Origin: Mobula hypostoma
Taxonomy: Eukaryota
Length of the DNA: 64,000 nucleotides
Assembly (NCBI RefSeq): GCF_963921235.1
Contig: NC_086097.1
Span: 201,130,001 to 201,194,000, forward strand
Direction of reading: 5' to 3'
Positions 61,086 through 64,000 of this stretch are shown piece by piece. The notes beneath the pieces are model-generated. The model worked only from the letters and a program-made list of their open reading frames with translations, was not told the origin of the DNA and ran no database searches. A program made the translations under genes and the position numbers. The first letter of the stretch is position 1, and the number at the start of each line of letters is the position of its first letter.

Positions 61086-63419
61086 GCACCTCTTCCTACA
61101 GATGCTGCCTGGCCTGCTGCATTCACCAGCAACTTTTATGTGTGTTGGTTGGAAAGATGTTGGAATCCATTATTGAAGATGAATTTTTGGAGTACTTGGG
61201 GACACATGATAACATAGGCCAGAGTCAGCATGGGTTCCTCAAGGGAAAATCTTGCATGACAAATCTGTTGGAACTCTTAGAGAAAATAGGAGGCAGGATT
61301 GACAAAGGAGAGTCAGTGGATATTGTTTACTTGGATTTTCAGAAGGCACATGAAGCTGCTTAACAAAATAAAAGCCCATGGTATTTCAGGAAAGATATAA
61401 TGATGGATACAAGATTGTCTGACAGGCTGGATGCAAAGTGTGGGAATAAAGGAAGTCTTTTCTGGTTGGCTGCTGATGACTAGTGGTGTTCCACAAGGTT
61501 TGGTATTGGGACAGCTTCCTTTCACATTATATGTCAGTGATGGATGATGGAATTGATGGCTTTGTGACCAAATTTACGGACAGTACAAAGATACATGGAG
61601 GGGCAGGAAGGACTTTGGGCAGACTTAAGAGAATGGGCAAAGATGTGGCAGATGGAGTTTAGTGCAGGGAAGTATATGGTCATGCACTTGGTAGAAAGAA
61701 TAAAGGTGTAAACTATTTTCTAAACAGGTAGGACATTCAAAAATCAGATGTGCAAAGGGAGCTGGGAGTCCTGGTCAGTGCAGTGTTCCCCAAAGATTAA
61801 CATACAGGTTGATTCAGTGTTAAGGAAGACAATTTTGAAAGGGCTAGAATTTAAGAGCAAGGATGTCATGCTGAGGCTTTACACGGCATTGGTTAGACCA
61901 TAACTGGAAGTATTGCGAGCAGTTTTGGGCACCTTATCTAAGAAAAGATGTGCTAACATTGGAGGGGGTCGAAAGGAGGTTTACAATGATGATTGTGGGA
62001 ATGGAAGGGTTAATCCATGAGGAGCATTTTTTGGTCTGAGGCTAGAGTTAAGAAGAATGGGGGTATCTCATTGAAACCTATCAAATATTGAAAGGCCTGG
62101 ACAGAGTGGATGTGGAGAGAATGTTTCATATGGTGGGTGAGTCTAGAACCAGAGGGCACAGCCTCGGATTAGCAGGATATCCATCCATTTAGAAAGGAGA
62201 TGTGAAGAAATTTCTGTGGCTAGAGAGTGATGAATGTCTGGAGTTCATTGCCGTGGAGGTCAAATCTTCGAGTATATTTAAAGCGGAGGTTGATAGATTT
62301 TTGATTAATCAGGACATCAAAGCTTCCAGGGAGAAAGCCAGAGAATGGAATTGAGAGGGATAATAAATCAGCCATGATAGAATGGTGGAACAAACTAGAT
62401 GGGCCAAATGGCCTAATTCTGCTTCTATATATCGTATGGTCTTAAATACAGTATTCTATGTGGGGCACAGATTTACCCTGCAATTTGTGCCAGTGCTGTC
62501 TTGGGAATGATATCAGGATGTCTGATGCTAAAACATAACAGATGCAGGTAAACAACATTATCAAATTTAGCTTTAATGATGTAGTCCACTCTATGCATTT
62601 CCCTCACAGAACCAATTGAGTTGCTGGATGAATACACACTCCACCCCCCACATTTAAAAGGATCAGTTATTAACAGTGTTTCTGACATTCAGTTGATGTT
62701 TGTGAAATCCAGAATTCACATGAGCTCACACATCATATAGAGTATACATTGGTAAATTAACTTTGATTTCAAGGTTTCTGCAAAAAACAATTGGTTGATG
62801 ACATATCCAGATGCAGCAGAGGGGCCTAGGACCATAAGTACAGATTGGAGTACAAGTACAGATTCTTTAATGTGATGTCGGAGGTTGTACATAACCTTGG
62901 TAAGGCTGCATTAGGGAAATTGTGTTCACCCTGCTGTAGGGAAGATGTCAGTAAGCTGGAAAGAGTTAATGTTGGATTAGGCATTAAATGGATAATTGTT
63001 ATTTTCTATCAGTTTAACTTTTTATGCCTGCTCATATTTTACACAATTACCTATATACAAACGTTTGTACATATAATTGTTCAGTATGTTTCCTAGTGGT
63101 CACAGTATGTATGTGCAACTGTTCAGTGTGCCTCCTAATGGTCACAGTTTCTTCTCTTTCTGGAAGCTTGTTTGGTACCACATTATTTGAATAGGGGTTA
63201 TCTGATCGGTTAACTTTTATCTAAATATGTGAATGGAATGTTTCTTATCTATGGCATAAGAAGGGCTGAGCTCATTGGCCTGCCATCTTTGCTTCTTCTT
63301 TTCCTTCCCCTACTATTCTCTTGCTACTCCCCATTTCCAATTCTCTTTGTTCAATTAGCACTTAATAAATTTATCATGAAGCAGCAGGTTTTATACCTTT
63401 TTGTTGACTTCCAAAAGAA

Positions 63420-63860
63420 CTTTGGATCAAAAACATAAGAATTCAACAAGGTGGTGTAGTCAGCAAGGATGATTGCGAAGATTTAAGGACTTGGAAGAAC
63501 TTTAGAAAGGGAAGTAATGACATTTCTGATGCCTTGAAAAAAGCAAGAACAGAAATAGTCACCATGCATAAAATGGTTTTTCAAAATTGTATGGCATCAG
63601 ATTTTCTCTTAGCAGTTAAGGGGTGAATATGTGCAGTTATGGACAAGGAGTGTTGTACTTACATACCTGACAAGTCTGCTAACATAACTGATTTGGCTGG
63701 TCATATTCATAAAGAAGCAGCTAAAATACACCAATCTGTTGGATAGGATTTCTTTGATTAGACTCATTAAAATCTAGGAAGCTGGGGTTATTCAATGTAA
63801 TGAGTCATAATATTTATCTTGATATGCCTTATCATAATTCACATCTTTTTCACACCTCCC
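63420..63860 (+). pseudogene. Endogenous retrovirus env remnant (gamma-type TM subunit)
   Basis: From 63543: ARTEIVTMHKMVFQNCMASDFLLAVKG*ICAVMDKECCTYIPDKSANITDLA. This gives an immunosuppressive-domain-like QN.MA.D.LLA, a CX6CC motif, and a later hydrophobic stretch VIIFILICLIIIHIFF, with several stops. Confidence 0.88.
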
Positions 63861-64000
63861 ATGAGTGACTTTGTGAAACCCCTTGCTAAAGTCTTTGGAG
63901 ACAATATCCATGCCTTGCCTTCATCAGGTTTCCTGGCAACTTCTTCAAAAAATTCTATAAGTAGTTAGACACAGCCCACCACACATGAAATCATACTAAC

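Larger units (their letters stand above)
60197..61145. mobile_element. Fold-back Penelope insertion (~445-bp inverted arms, 31-nt spacer) with a 14-bp TSD
   Basis: Arms at ~60234-60678 and 60710-61146; TSD TGGTTGGAAAGATG at 60183-60196 and 61146-61159. Confidence 0.93.
57610..62445 (+). mobile_element. Old CR1 LINE (ORF1 esterase to 3' UTR) carrying three nested insertions
   Basis: IVHIGNND, GKYDVVGITE, GDFN, SPGPD.IHPRVLKE and QHGFLKGKSC motifs with a 3' tail. Inserts lie at ~57660-58000 (minus-strand CR1 3' end), ~59345-59478 (CR1-type tail) and 60197-61145. Confidence 0.88.

Noticed and set aside
1..64000. tRNA, rRNA or CRISPR loci
   Set aside because: None recognised; the SINE heads are too decayed to call as tRNA-derived from sequence alone.

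Overview
Eukaryotic, repeat-dominated vertebrate DNA. The repeat families suggest a cartilaginous fish, probably a ray or skate (inference only). The only host-gene sequence I can support is two phase-0 coding exons on the minus strand (57195-57046 and 27083-26949) that resemble the C-terminal part of CCDC178, so most or all of the window is intron. The introns contain: several CR1 LINEs (two essentially full length, with zinc-finger/SGNH-esterase ORF1 and APE-RT ORF2); many Rex1/Babar-like LINEs; Penelope-like elements; an IR/DR-type Tc1; hAT MITEs; a solo LTR; a gamma-type retroviral env remnant; a probable Chapaev3-like remnant; and a clean non-autonomous Helitron carrying STPR-like repeats. 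The most notable unannotated signal is a set of minimal type I hammerhead ribozyme motifs in the Penelope terminal repeats. They occur as a ~100-bp ribozyme-only insertion, as short palindromes and as a ~950-bp fold-back, and three of these insertions have exact 13-14 bp target-site duplications (TSDs). All family assignments are from motif recognition by eye; no database search was run.
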